The notes under the pieces are model-generated. The model searched no databases. It saw nothing but the letters and a program-made list of their open reading frames with translations, and was not told where the DNA came from. This document shows positions 38,601 through 48,481 of a stretch of 64,000 bases of DNA, one piece after another. Position 1 is the first letter of the stretch. Every line of letters begins with the position of its first letter. This stretch comes from Candidatus Buchananbacteria bacterium (GTDB lineage: Bacteria; Patescibacteriota; Patescibacteriia; 2-01-FULL-39-33; JBAYJR01), in contig JBAYJR010000008.1 of the NCBI GenBank assembly GCA_041665005.1, positions 1,423-65,422 on the forward strand. The letters run 5' to 3'. Both the position numbers and the translations under genes were made by a program.

Positions 38601-38896
38601 AAATTACTATATTCAGCCACAATGCGTAATAAAAATAAGAAAAAAGTCATCAATGTAGCAAACAGAACTCCTGTAGCTGCTAATATCTCCGTATAAGGAA
38701 ATAATACAGCCCCAAGTGCAACCTTTGTTATTCCAGCGGCAATCTGGCTACCTGTACCGGCTTCCTGTGTAGCTGGTGTTGTCCCAGCAGTCTGTGCCGA
38801 CGCTCCGGCCATTGGCAAAACTAGACAACTTAAAACCACCGCTCCCGCCACAAACGTTAAAACTTTCTTTTGATTATTTTTTAACCAGTGCTTCAT
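35603..38896 (-). CDS. VirB6/TrbL-like polytopic membrane protein with a large hydrophilic C-terminal domain
   Basis: 1097 aa. Signal peptide, then 6-8 TM helices in the first about 380 aa with conserved Trp residues, followed by about 700 aa that are charged and coiled-coil-rich. Confidence 0.55.
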   Translation of the reverse strand: MKHWLKNNQKKVLTFVAGAVVLSCLVLPMAGASAQTAGTTPATQEAGTGSQIAAGITKVALGAVLFPYTEILAATGVLFATLMTFFLFLLRIVAEYSNFINADGVVQSWVFIRDLCNNFFIVFLLVIAVATILRVETYNYKRLLGKVLLMAILINFSKMFTGLLIDASQVVMLTLLGNAQQLTNTIAIKVGVLAFFNVGYMAIANVALGNGVEDFIKAATAAIFSVIACVVILIFFIILLARIIAFWFLIVLSPFAYFASAFPALQTYSGQWWSTFTKYLVVGPAIALFLFISMNFLNAMIGPSGTDSTGSVTAGSLKDEISSKFKVVGGIVSGTGEGVGDFLNTSTEQIFVSILTIGLLIAALIAAGKAGTVGSQLANKAMGEIQKKGTKIAKNFGEKTRVPAAARASYNRFANSRIGGVLGFNEKKTERDNRLIQAQMNQKFGGKADAIEKFRQEEQMAARDSLQKSGFDFTNTNAAHEILKKNKDVGTARALITSLAEAGDSELGESLQKYQKQFNIPEADFKTFAYDMERLATRKNAGLVGVSGYKNEDGQLVGTEVGANSVRNTVANMSEKDLSNIVITNSSLGMKGANVSQQIMGIADYIKAGGNLGFAGAAGRRQIMEAVKNMLAKPELFAKEGFDLNNKNTIDDLNKVINMATVAYSGSNIDYEAMNLPKGDVKGLLDSPDRKYIEGFDPNTGIKFISTAEDLAGNKLSDEVVKRREEIESTDLKTRANKEKYYVAADAEVVKNEEMFVKELKVANWDDRLQELQVLKEQAAKFNYDKLKPGEEIQAYGINEKIKNLAEELRVSMESVASSKGDAKTDILRPDRKEKYSFADYLKEKSVVYKDLENISKATDKQASALGDTLSDNKDTKEKAIKEAKNNQKAIDDSFTVVNRPLERIRYEEENKKSGVRKIANTGASVLKYDRAAYMLFGDLRKKIDEYYSGKEEQKRRETVTDRDSKLIKTAAAVAGQMVHPILQDKINQAFLPKLDRSIISFSEGIRRLSSLPLNMKNFDKDVKVLNKTVHSLQNRIKALNKVSKKSGDVGQKQKLDRASSELKNFMAGVEQKKMFGSQEEIDDIVNELSGLIKYYK

Positions 38897-38906
38897 AAAA
38901 ATTTAA

Positions 38907-41900
38907 TTATTGACTAACCTTAACCGTGGGCCCTTTTTGCCAGGCATTAGTATCAGTACTGCAAGCATTTTGATAATAACCCCAAGCCGAGGTGCCAAAA
39001 GGAGCCAAAACTGCCGAACCAAGATTTAAATTACCGTTGCACCAGCCCCAATTATCTTTTACCTGAATAGCAATTGGCGCTGAACAAGTAGTACCGGAAC
39101 AAACGCCCGTGCCCAGGCTAACATTCTTTTTCATAGAATAATAATCATAGGTGTGATACAACACCACCGGCGTAGAGGAGCTAGAAGAATCGCGTAACGA
39201 CACACCGGAAACTGCTGTTTCGGTGCCATCGCCCCAATTAACTTTATAAGCAGTTAACGGCCATTGGTTGGCATCAATTGTAATATTAAATTCCAAACCC
39301 GCCGTTTGGGTGCCAACCCCCAAACTAACCACATCAGAAGTCTGCACGCCATTAACTTTTATCTTAGTCACCCGCGGCGCTAAGGCACAGTAATCGGCAT
39401 CTGGATCAGTCGCATCATAAGGTGGCCGAGTTAAATTTCGTTGATGAGTATCGGCACAAAGATTACCTTCATCAGGAACACTCCATAATTTTTTGTTGCT
39501 AATTTCATACTTTTTATCAGTCCAATTCCAACTCCATTCCGCATAAGCTTGGGCAAATAATCTTTTTAAAGAAATGGTAGCCGAATCAATAGTGGCGTAA
39601 GAGCCTTCAACAAAATTACTGGGATCAACGTTATATCCATTAATTGACCAATTACCCGCACGGTCAAAACCAACATTACCACAACCGCCATACTCGTTAT
39701 CGCAAGAATAAAATTCCCCCGCATGAGCCTTGCCACTATAAGTACTACTAGGATCGCCAGCGATATCTACCGGCAATAAAGACCAATCAGTCGGATTATA
39801 ATCCGGGCTAGGCGCTAAAATGCTGGCAAAAGGCGCATAATCATCGTTTTGCGAAAAATTCTGCACCGCGGTTTTATAACCACTGCCACTCGACACCCGT
39901 CCCAACCAGGCCTTGTTTTGACCATTAGGAGTTACCGTTTGAATAATATCCGTACAAAAACTAGCGGCCGTAACTGGCGGATCAGAAATAGTTTTGCTAT
40001 TAGTCTGACAACAATTATAACCAGACGCTTCCGTGCATTTTAGAGCTCTAACACATTCTCCGGAACCAGCCACAGTTAATAACTGTGAGCGATAAAATAA
40101 AATTTTACCAGTTAAGACCACCTCCGTCCCAGCTGCACAAGTAGCTGAAGTAAGATCAACATTATAAACATGGTTAGCATCTCCATCGCACAGAACATGT
40201 TGACCAGAACGGAAAGGTAAAGAACCGCTAGTTGCATCCTTGCTGATTACCGAATACCCATAATATTTCTGACCATTATTATCTGTATAAACTTCATCTT
40301 GATTATTATAAACAAAAGCCAAGCAAACATCAGAATCAGTGCTAATCTTTTGCACATCGGAGGCGTAACCAAAATAAGGCTCATAACCATCAACTGACAA
40401 ATAATAATATTTTGTAGCATCACTATTATCATAAGCTTGATACCAAGCAGTGGTGCCATATTTACTAGCCACTCCACTACAATTATTAGGATTATCGCCA
40501 CCTTCGTTCCAAGAAGCGGTAGCAATTATTCCTTCAAAACGTTTTTGCAAAAGTGTACCGGCCGCGCAGTAATACAACGGCGAACGACCGGAGTAACCAC
40601 CGTAGCTACCAGTTAACTCCCCTTTAGGCAAGTCAATTGGCCACCACTGTAAACAAATTTTGGTATTTTTACTGTCATATTGCAAGCAATAACCTTTTTG
40701 TCCGCGATAAGTAACATTAGTAGCAGTATTGGTATAATCACAACTTAAAGCTGAATCTTCAGGGTATAACCGACAATCGGTGGCCAAGATAGATTTACCA
40801 TTTATCTTTAAGGCGGGCTTCAAACGTAAATTAGCAAAATAACTTGAACCAGAACCCTCAGCAACCACCCCGGTGCTAACCGCGGGGTTAAAATTAGAAA
40901 GTTCTAGTCTTAATTGAGTGGTATTAGCAGAAGTTTTAATTCTAACGGTAAATGGCGTCCAGTCTTTTCTGGCCATCAAATAATAAACACTGTAAGCGCC
41001 ACGACTATTCATTCCAAAAGTATTAGTCGCACCATCATTAAATGTTTGGTCCAACAACCAAACCTGTTCACTGCTTGGTGAAATCCGCGGATTAGTGGTG
41101 GCGTCTTGATTTAAATAAACCTTAGTACCATTATTCTTTAATTCCCACACCTGAACCACCGCTTGAGCTGTGGCGGGATTTAAATTTAAAGTATTAATAT
41201 AACCAGACACCACGTATTCGCTGTCAGGAAACACGTCAATTAATTCTGACTCTACAATTACCGCTTCACCCTTTTCATAATCACCATAATTAACCTTTAG
41301 TACCGGCTTATTATTGGGTGAGGTAATGCCTTCGGTAATTAAATCTGAAGGATTGGTGATGGCCTTAAAATATTTAGTATTCCAAGAACCCAGCGTGCTG
41401 GCATTACACCAATTTTGTTTATACTCTTTGGGGGCTATATGATCATCGCAAACCCAAGAGTCGTAACAAATCTGACTAGCTTTATTAGAACAAGTATCAG
41501 AACTTAACGGCAACCAACCACGAGGCTGACCGTCGTCTTGCAGGTCCGTAAAATCACCATTTGGCACTTCGGTACTTTCACCTACTTGAGTCATTTGCGC
41601 AAACGGGAAATCGCCCGTAAATTTAGATTGATAACCAACCTTGGTATAGCCACTTAGATTGGCCACTAAACCCGGCTGGGTAGGATTATAATTTAATTCA
41701 GCCACTTCTTGATTTAAAACTTGCGAACAATTACCTTTTTCGTCCACCGCTTTGCATAAGCCCAAATCTAAACAAACATCTTTGTTGCGATTGGCCGTGC
41801 CAATATTACTGGTGCCATCGTTACTGGCAATGGAAGTTTTACAATATAACCAAGTATTACACACCCGATCCGGTGTAACTTTTAAAATAGTATTGCTATC

Positions 41901-44900
41901 GCAACGATTCCAAATATCCACTTGGCAGTTAGTGCCGGCCGTGCCATTACCATTGTTATCGGGATTAACCGGACTGACGTCGGAATCATAACCATTTTTT
42001 AAATAATCACTACTATGACTGATGGCGTAGCTATCGCGATTATTAAACAGCACGCAACCTAGGCCCGGATTAACCACACCGTTACAAGACTTAGCATCTA
42101 AATTATCCGCCAGAGTGTAGTAAGGATTATTTTCTACCAACCTTATTTCGGCTATCGCAAAACTGCTTTGTGTTGCTTTAATACCCAAAGTTAGTGCTGT
42201 TGCCTGACCAGTATAAACTCGACCACTAAAACTAACAAAATCACTCGGGTTAACCTGATCATTACCTACTACTAAATTGTAAGAATTATAAGCCGGAACC
42301 GCAACTAAAGAACCATCGGGAGAAGATAATTGATTAGCAACCGAACTGGTCACAAAAGTTTCAAATCTACCGCCTTCCCCAGCCAAAACCAATTTTACTT
42401 TAGCGGACAAAGTATATAAAGTATTAGCTTTAACTTTTAAACCACTGCCAGTAATCACATAAGTATTGCCAGAATTTAAAGCTAATTTACCAGCGCTATC
42501 ACTATAAGAAATTTCCGCCCCCGCTGCGGTTTTCCAACCACTAATATAATCTTGCCCCGCGGCCGTATATTTTTGACTAAAATCAGCGTTAAATACTAAA
42601 TTGGAACCATTAATTCCCGCTGGCTCAATTAATTCAGTGCAAGAATTTTGACTGGCCGGACATAACCCCGCGTAGCCGCCGGGTGAGGCAATAGTCGTTA
42701 AATCCACTGGTTGAGTCACTGGCGATTCAGAATAACCAACCGTATAAAGTGGCGAGGCGGAATAATTTGGACAGGGAATTAACACTTCACTACCCGCCGA
42801 ATTTTTACTGCGCACATACCAAGCCGGAGTAGTTAAACCGGCCTTAGTGATATATTCACAAGCCCGACCATTCACCGGGCCAGTGGTGGTGGCGGTATTT
42901 AACGGATTGCGGAAAAAGTAAGTATTATCATTGGCGGTAAATTTATCGCAACGGAAATAAGGATCTGAACAAAATACTTGCGTAGGACTATTCAAATCTA
43001 AAATTTTATAAGTGGTGCTATAAGTATTGACAACTGGGGCCGTCCAATCGGTTTGGTAATCTTTTTGCCCCACCGCCTGGCAACCCACCGCTTCGGCCGT
43101 GCAATATTTTTTACTGTCATTAACCCAATAAGAGATTGTATCCGCCGGCGCATGATAAATATAGGCCGAATCATTCCCGTTAGACAAATTTAAAGTTTGC
43201 GCTTCGGGCGAATTGGTGTTGGCGGTATCAATCAAGGCTTCACAACCCGCGGCATCAGCCGGACATAATTCACTAAACTGCCGGAAATACCAATTAACCT
43301 TATCAACATCTTGATATTGTTGACACCCCGCCATATAACCGGTAACGCAACGGGAAGGCGTACCTTCTGTTCCCCCGCAAGCGGCGCCCACCTGATCATC
43401 CAAAATATTATCGCAAGCCACCGGCACGTTCCAAGAATTTTTTATTAAATAAGTATTGCTACGAATCAACTTGATTAAAATATTATCTAAATACCAACCA
43501 GCGCTGGTAATTTTTAAAGCGGTGGTTAAATCACCAGTCACCGTCGCTGGCAAGGTGAAATTATTTTTATAAACTCCCCACTGCGTAGTTGATAAAGTAC
43601 TGCCAGTACCACTGATAGGATAAATTTGATAATCAATACCGGATAATTGCAAAGTCGGCTTAACATTGGCGTTGTAGGCTTTGGCAATAAAACTGATTTC
43701 ATATTCTTGACCGGATTGTAATACAAAATTACCCGAAGTAACATTACTAGCAATTATTTTTAAACTATGTCCACCAGCATAACTGGCTTCGGAGCTAACA
43801 TTAAAGCTACCAGTTGCTCCCGACCAAACCGGATTATTTTCAAAAGTATCTAAAAATATTTGTTTAGTATTATTGCCACTATTGCCTAAATATTGACGGC
43901 AACCGGCTAAATTAGCAGCACACTGATTACCTTCATTAGGCACCGCATAATACAAACACTCACTGCCATTCCACCAACCGGCCACACCTACCCAAGTACC
44001 GGCGGCATTTACACCACTACAATCTTGCTCGGCCGTGTTACCATTTTGCGGGTTTTGATTGTAATTATTGGTAGTGCGGCGATAAGGATGACAGTTTTCT
44101 GAAGAAGTAACCGTTAATGATAATTTACGTTTGTAATTAGCTCCACGCGTATCAAAAAATTCTCGGCAATCGCTGTCGGTAGCCGGGTCACAACTGTCCG
44201 TTGAATAAGTGGCTATTTCGTTACAAGCCGTCACGCTGGGTGAGCTGTAAGTTAAATGTGTGCACGGCGGATAACTGGTAATACCACTAGCCTTATCAGC
44301 CACGGCGGTATCGCTTTTTCTTAATTGATAAGTTTTTAATTGATAACCAGTAGTATCCGAACCTTCCCAAGTATAATAAGTACCCTCTGTAGCGGCGTTA
44401 GGTTGTTGACATAATTTTAACTTAGAATAATATTCTTTGCCTTCGCCGCCCCTAGCTTGTTCATCAACATTAGTAAATTCTTCACAACCAGCCGCTTCGG
44501 CCGTACAAGTTTTACCGTTATTAATTAAATATTGATTGCTTGGCGCGCTAAAAGTTGTCCCTTGTTCCACATAGTTAGCATAGCCCACACAACTTGCCGG
44601 GCATTGATCAGTACTATGCGTAATAGCCGAAACATCTGGATCACCATTAACCGGCTTATATAATTGACAGCCAATATCTTGCTCGGTGCAGGCGGTGGCA
44701 TAATTTACGCATTGCGCATTATCGTTGCTCTTTTTTAAACTGCCATCAGTATTATAATCATCACAATAATAATAAGCAGGCGGTTTGGTTAAATATAATA
44801 AATTTTTAGTGCCATAATCGGTAACCGCGCTAACCGCTGTTTCGTTACTATTTACTTCTTCCAAAAATATTTGATCTAAATAAATTTTGGCCGTGGCGCT

Positions 44901-47495
44901 GCCGTTGCAATTACTAAAATTAAAATTAATTGTACCTGGATCCGCCCAAGAATTTATTTTAATAGTTTCAGTAGTAAATTTTTGCCAATCAGTAGTAATA
45001 TTTAAAGTCGCTTCGTTATTATATTCTTTAAAAGTCTGGTGGGTTTTATTTTGACCTACTTCATTGTTATATAAAGGAGAAGCACTATCGCCAAAAGATA
45101 AATTTGCATACCAATGACTAGTAGCGTCTTCCGCCTTACCCCAAAAAGACAAACGATAATAATGATTAGGTTTTAAATAAGGCTTAACCAGTTGACTGGT
45201 TAATTGCTGACAACTAGCATCGCCGGTAGGTACCGAACGATTAACCAACGCTAAAACTTTACTGCCAAAAATACCAGTATCTCCTTGGGGTATATCAGCT
45301 GTATTGATTACATCGGCAAAAACCGAACCATTAAAAATTTCCCAAGCCTTGGGGTTATTAATATTTACCGTTGAGCCTTCGGTTTGTGCCCAAACGACCG
45401 AATTAACCCCCTCTTCAAAACTATTGTTAGCAATTAAATTAGTGCCTAAACTAGGTTTTAAACGAATAAATTTAGAACAACCCGCTTGGGCACTGGTACA
45501 AGCTTGCGCATCATTATCTAAATAATAAATTGCATTATAACTTTGACCACCAGACACGGAAATATTGGCTTGCCACAGGCCATTAGCTTGCCACACGCTA
45601 TAAGGTCGGCAACCGGCTACGCCATTAGTACCATAACCGTCACCAACCGCACAAGACCAAGACACAGAATTTTTTAAATAAGAAACTGTTTGGCCATTTG
45701 AATTTTGAAAAGTTTGACAACTGTTATAGACCGGGCTACAACTACTATTTTTACCAAAATCATAAGTCCGACGTTCTTCGGTGCAATAACCATAAAATTT
45801 ACAAGAGCCATCTTCATTTTCCACAATGCAACTCTGCTCATCCGCGCAATAATCTTCGCGCGATAAAGATAAAGAAGAGGGCGTGTCGCCGTTATCATCA
45901 TAATCGCCATCGGCGTTAGCATCCGTGCCACTGTTGACCGAGCTACTAGAAACTTTTGGCCCCGGACCTTCTTTACGGCAATAGGCTTCTGGCGCTTTTA
46001 ACACCCAATTGGGGTCCACCAAGCCTTTGAGTGGCAATAAATCCGCATTACCATAATATTTACTGGCCGGATCATTAACTCCTACTACTTGTTCTAAACT
46101 AAAATTTTGGCCGGCAAAATCCCGAATGTATTGGGCCGCTACTTCCCAGCCCACCGGTAAAATTCGATATTTACGTAAAATTAAAAAACTACGATAAGGA
46201 TAACCATTTTTATAATCTGGCTCTTTGCCGGCGGTGCCCTGCGTGGCTTCAAAACCAAAGGCCTTTTTACCGTCCAGCCAACCTTCAGCCATGGCCTGCT
46301 TAACCGTCAAACCCTTTTCAATACCAAACCGGAATTTTTCATCAATGACGCAATCAGTTGGCCCGGGATTAGAAGAATCCGGACAAGCCGTTAATTTATT
46401 CAAAATGTCATAAGGCCCGCCAACAATCGGCGAGACATCACGCAGACTAGCAAAGCGAGTTTTGGCGGCTGCTTGACCACTGCTAGCAGAACCAGATTCG
46501 TAATTATAAACTGTAGACGAAGAATCGCTGTCGTCATTATTCCAATATAAACCGTTAATTAAATTTTGTAAGACCTGACCAATCAAAGTATTGGTAAAAA
46601 CCGCAATCGCATCGGCCACCGGTTCCCCCACCCAACTTTTTTCTCGCACCGTAGCATCAGTAATCATCCCCTTAAAAAAGAATTCCGCCACCGCTGCCCC
46701 AGGAGTTTTAATTTTGTCATCTTTAGTTTTAATATCCTTAAAACCTAAATTTTGTATTTTTTCTAAAATTGCCAACTGTTCAATCTTATCCTGAGTTTTA
46801 AACATTACTTCTTTTAAATCCAAATACAAACTCAGGTCATTTTCTGATTTTAAAACCGTGGCTAATTTTGGTAAATATTGTTCGTCTTTAATCGCATCAT
46901 CCCAATTACTAATCATTTTTGATATTTTGCAACGACTGGAATAAGTAGTCGGCTTGGTCAAACCTAAGCCCACCATAATATTTATTTGAGTTTTTAAACT
47001 AGGGGCGCAAATATCCAAACTAAACAAGGTGGTGCCATTTTGTTTAATGGTAAATTTACCGGCCGTAAATTCACCGCCGCCGCTATTCCAGGCCACGCTT
47101 AATTTGTCTAAAAAAGTTCCCGCTAAATTATCCGCCGCATCCGTTAAATAACTAGTCCAACCCTTGGTCACAAATAATGGCTCTTGACCTTCCCCACCCG
47201 AAGCAATCCAAGTGGCGGTGTCGTAAGCAATTTGATTTAAAAAATTACCCAAAGCAGTCTTAAAAGCAATCTTAGCCGCTTTGGTTAAACTGTCTTTGAG
47301 AGTTTGTTTCGTGGCGGCGGTAGTTCTTGGTATATCCGAAACAACTTTAATTGGAACACCAGGCACCACGTTAGTCGCAGATTCAGGAACTAGCCCTGCC
47401 CCTTGCGCCAAAACTAACAACGGTGAAACTAACAAAACTAGACTAAAAAAGATTAAGGCTGATTTTTGAAAAATATTTTTAGTTTTTACCGGCAT
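38907..47495 (-). CDS. Giant secreted Cys-rich surface protein (2862 aa) with several CBM4_9-like beta-sandwich modules and a C-terminal PKD-like domain. Putative adhesin.
   Basis: N-terminal signal/anchor (ALIFFSLVLLVSPLLVLA). Repeated N.SFE...W...G...Y.LSFW.KA CBM-like blocks. C-terminal VNWGDGTE...VLYHTY PKD signature. Very high Cys, Trp, Tyr, Asn, Ser, Thr and Gly content. Confidence 0.75.
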   Translation of the reverse strand: MPVKTKNIFQKSALIFFSLVLLVSPLLVLAQGAGLVPESATNVVPGVPIKVVSDIPRTTAATKQTLKDSLTKAAKIAFKTALGNFLNQIAYDTATWIASGGEGQEPLFVTKGWTSYLTDAADNLAGTFLDKLSVAWNSGGGEFTAGKFTIKQNGTTLFSLDICAPSLKTQINIMVGLGLTKPTTYSSRCKISKMISNWDDAIKDEQYLPKLATVLKSENDLSLYLDLKEVMFKTQDKIEQLAILEKIQNLGFKDIKTKDDKIKTPGAAVAEFFFKGMITDATVREKSWVGEPVADAIAVFTNTLIGQVLQNLINGLYWNNDDSDSSSTVYNYESGSASSGQAAAKTRFASLRDVSPIVGGPYDILNKLTACPDSSNPGPTDCVIDEKFRFGIEKGLTVKQAMAEGWLDGKKAFGFEATQGTAGKEPDYKNGYPYRSFLILRKYRILPVGWEVAAQYIRDFAGQNFSLEQVVGVNDPASKYYGNADLLPLKGLVDPNWVLKAPEAYCRKEGPGPKVSSSSVNSGTDANADGDYDDNGDTPSSLSLSREDYCADEQSCIVENEDGSCKFYGYCTEERRTYDFGKNSSCSPVYNSCQTFQNSNGQTVSYLKNSVSWSCAVGDGYGTNGVAGCRPYSVWQANGLWQANISVSGGQSYNAIYYLDNDAQACTSAQAGCSKFIRLKPSLGTNLIANNSFEEGVNSVVWAQTEGSTVNINNPKAWEIFNGSVFADVINTADIPQGDTGIFGSKVLALVNRSVPTGDASCQQLTSQLVKPYLKPNHYYRLSFWGKAEDATSHWYANLSFGDSASPLYNNEVGQNKTHQTFKEYNNEATLNITTDWQKFTTETIKINSWADPGTINFNFSNCNGSATAKIYLDQIFLEEVNSNETAVSAVTDYGTKNLLYLTKPPAYYYCDDYNTDGSLKKSNDNAQCVNYATACTEQDIGCQLYKPVNGDPDVSAITHSTDQCPASCVGYANYVEQGTTFSAPSNQYLINNGKTCTAEAAGCEEFTNVDEQARGGEGKEYYSKLKLCQQPNAATEGTYYTWEGSDTTGYQLKTYQLRKSDTAVADKASGITSYPPCTHLTYSSPSVTACNEIATYSTDSCDPATDSDCREFFDTRGANYKRKLSLTVTSSENCHPYRRTTNNYNQNPQNGNTAEQDCSGVNAAGTWVGVAGWWNGSECLYYAVPNEGNQCAANLAGCRQYLGNSGNNTKQIFLDTFENNPVWSGATGSFNVSSEASYAGGHSLKIIASNVTSGNFVLQSGQEYEISFIAKAYNANVKPTLQLSGIDYQIYPISGTGSTLSTTQWGVYKNNFTLPATVTGDLTTALKITSAGWYLDNILIKLIRSNTYLIKNSWNVPVACDNILDDQVGAACGGTEGTPSRCVTGYMAGCQQYQDVDKVNWYFRQFSELCPADAAGCEALIDTANTNSPEAQTLNLSNGNDSAYIYHAPADTISYWVNDSKKYCTAEAVGCQAVGQKDYQTDWTAPVVNTYSTTYKILDLNSPTQVFCSDPYFRCDKFTANDNTYFFRNPLNTATTTGPVNGRACEYITKAGLTTPAWYVRSKNSAGSEVLIPCPNYSASPLYTVGYSESPVTQPVDLTTIASPGGYAGLCPASQNSCTELIEPAGINGSNLVFNADFSQKYTAAGQDYISGWKTAAGAEISYSDSAGKLALNSGNTYVITGSGLKVKANTLYTLSAKVKLVLAGEGGRFETFVTSSVANQLSSPDGSLVAVPAYNSYNLVVGNDQVNPSDFVSFSGRVYTGQATALTLGIKATQSSFAIAEIRLVENNPYYTLADNLDAKSCNGVVNPGLGCVLFNNRDSYAISHSSDYLKNGYDSDVSPVNPDNNGNGTAGTNCQVDIWNRCDSNTILKVTPDRVCNTWLYCKTSIASNDGTSNIGTANRNKDVCLDLGLCKAVDEKGNCSQVLNQEVAELNYNPTQPGLVANLSGYTKVGYQSKFTGDFPFAQMTQVGESTEVPNGDFTDLQDDGQPRGWLPLSSDTCSNKASQICYDSWVCDDHIAPKEYKQNWCNASTLGSWNTKYFKAITNPSDLITEGITSPNNKPVLKVNYGDYEKGEAVIVESELIDVFPDSEYVVSGYINTLNLNPATAQAVVQVWELKNNGTKVYLNQDATTNPRISPSSEQVWLLDQTFNDGATNTFGMNSRGAYSVYYLMARKDWTPFTVRIKTSANTTQLRLELSNFNPAVSTGVVAEGSGSSYFANLRLKPALKINGKSILATDCRLYPEDSALSCDYTNTATNVTYRGQKGYCLQYDSKNTKICLQWWPIDLPKGELTGSYGGYSGRSPLYYCAAGTLLQKRFEGIIATASWNEGGDNPNNCSGVASKYGTTAWYQAYDNSDATKYYYLSVDGYEPYFGYASDVQKISTDSDVCLAFVYNNQDEVYTDNNGQKYYGYSVISKDATSGSLPFRSGQHVLCDGDANHVYNVDLTSATCAAGTEVVLTGKILFYRSQLLTVAGSGECVRALKCTEASGYNCCQTNSKTISDPPVTAASFCTDIIQTVTPNGQNKAWLGRVSSGSGYKTAVQNFSQNDDYAPFASILAPSPDYNPTDWSLLPVDIAGDPSSTYSGKAHAGEFYSCDNEYGGCGNVGFDRAGNWSINGYNVDPSNFVEGSYATIDSATISLKRLFAQAYAEWSWNWTDKKYEISNKKLWSVPDEGNLCADTHQRNLTRPPYDATDPDADYCALAPRVTKIKVNGVQTSDVVSLGVGTQTAGLEFNITIDANQWPLTAYKVNWGDGTETAVSGVSLRDSSSSSTPVVLYHTYDYYSMKKNVSLGTGVCSGTTCSAPIAIQVKDNWGWCNGNLNLGSAVLAPFGTSAWGYYQNACSTDTNAWQKGPTVKVSQ

Positions 47496-47509
47496 GTTAA
47501 TAAAATAAA

Positions 47510-48328
47510 TTATTTGACCGTATTAGTATTCGTTTGTTGCTCCGTTAATTTCTGTATAAATACCTGTTTTAACTGCTCGTCCGTATATTTACTTAATAAA
47601 TCCGCACTCGCTCCTTTTTCAATCAACAAGGCCCTAATTTGCGAACCCGTTAAGCTTTGTAGTTGGCTAACACTATTGATATTCAAACCGCTATTGGTAT
47701 TAGCGACTGGAACAGTACTGGTATTATTATCTACTTCCCCTAAATTGCTAGGCACTTGCCCCGTGGCAATAGCGCTGGCCATTTGCTGATAAATAGCCAA
47801 AATTTCTGTATCACTTAAAGCATCAACCTGATCTTGCGACACCCCATTTTGTACTAAAAACTGACGAATAGCTTGCGGGTCACTGGCCGAAGGCAAACTG
47901 ACGTTAGACTGACTAGCTGAACCGGTAGCCGCCGTTGCCTCGCCGTTACTAACTTGTGGAATACAGGTTTGACCTTCAGGACAATTTGGATTATGACCGG
48001 ACAAAATCTCTTGTTTATCATTAAAGCCGTCGGAATCCGAATCAGCTAAATAGGGGCTAGTACTATAAACCCTTAATTCTTCATAATCAGTCAAACCATC
48101 GTTATCGGTGTCCTGCTTTTTTAATTGTTCATCAGAAATTGCCGCCACTTGATTTAAATTTTCGGTGGCAGAATTTTTATTAACCGTAGAGCCAACACTG
48201 CTGGCCGTTAAGTTAGCCTTGGTTTGCCAAAAACCAAACACCAAAGTAAAAACACCAAGCACCAAAATGCTATAGGTGATTCTTTTTTCCATCTTTGGGT
48301 TAGCGGGCATAATTAGCCAAATCGTCAA
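47510..48328 (-). CDS. Membrane-anchored protein with TSP3-type (DxDxDG) calcium-binding repeats
   Basis: 272 aa. TM anchor, then DTDNDGLTDYEE and DSDSDGFNDKQE motifs. It is the first gene of the operon. Confidence 0.55.
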   Translation of the reverse strand: MTIWLIMPANPKMEKRITYSILVLGVFTLVFGFWQTKANLTASSVGSTVNKNSATENLNQVAAISDEQLKKQDTDNDGLTDYEELRVYSTSPYLADSDSDGFNDKQEILSGHNPNCPEGQTCIPQVSNGEATAATGSASQSNVSLPSASDPQAIRQFLVQNGVSQDQVDALSDTEILAIYQQMASAIATGQVPSNLGEVDNNTSTVPVANTNSGLNINSVSQLQSLTGSQIRALLIEKGASADLLSKYTDEQLKQVFIQKLTEQQTNTNTVK

Positions 48329-48388
48329 ACTTTAAGACTTTATCCACTATTTTAATTATACTACTTTTTTAATTTTTTTTCCAAGTCG

Positions 48389-48417
48389 AATTGCTTATAT
48401 TATAACACAAATTAGCT
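48389..48417 (-). promoter_or_regulatory. Candidate extended -10 promoter (TGTGTTATAAT) for the TSP3/giant-protein/T4SS operon
   Basis: Minus-strand tgtgttataat sits about 60 nt upstream of the TSP3 gene start. The -35 is weak. Confidence 0.3.
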
Positions 48418-48481
48418 TTAGCAAACAAGTTAATTAATGATTATCAAGCCAAGAATCTATACTCCTCCTCGCAATAACAAA

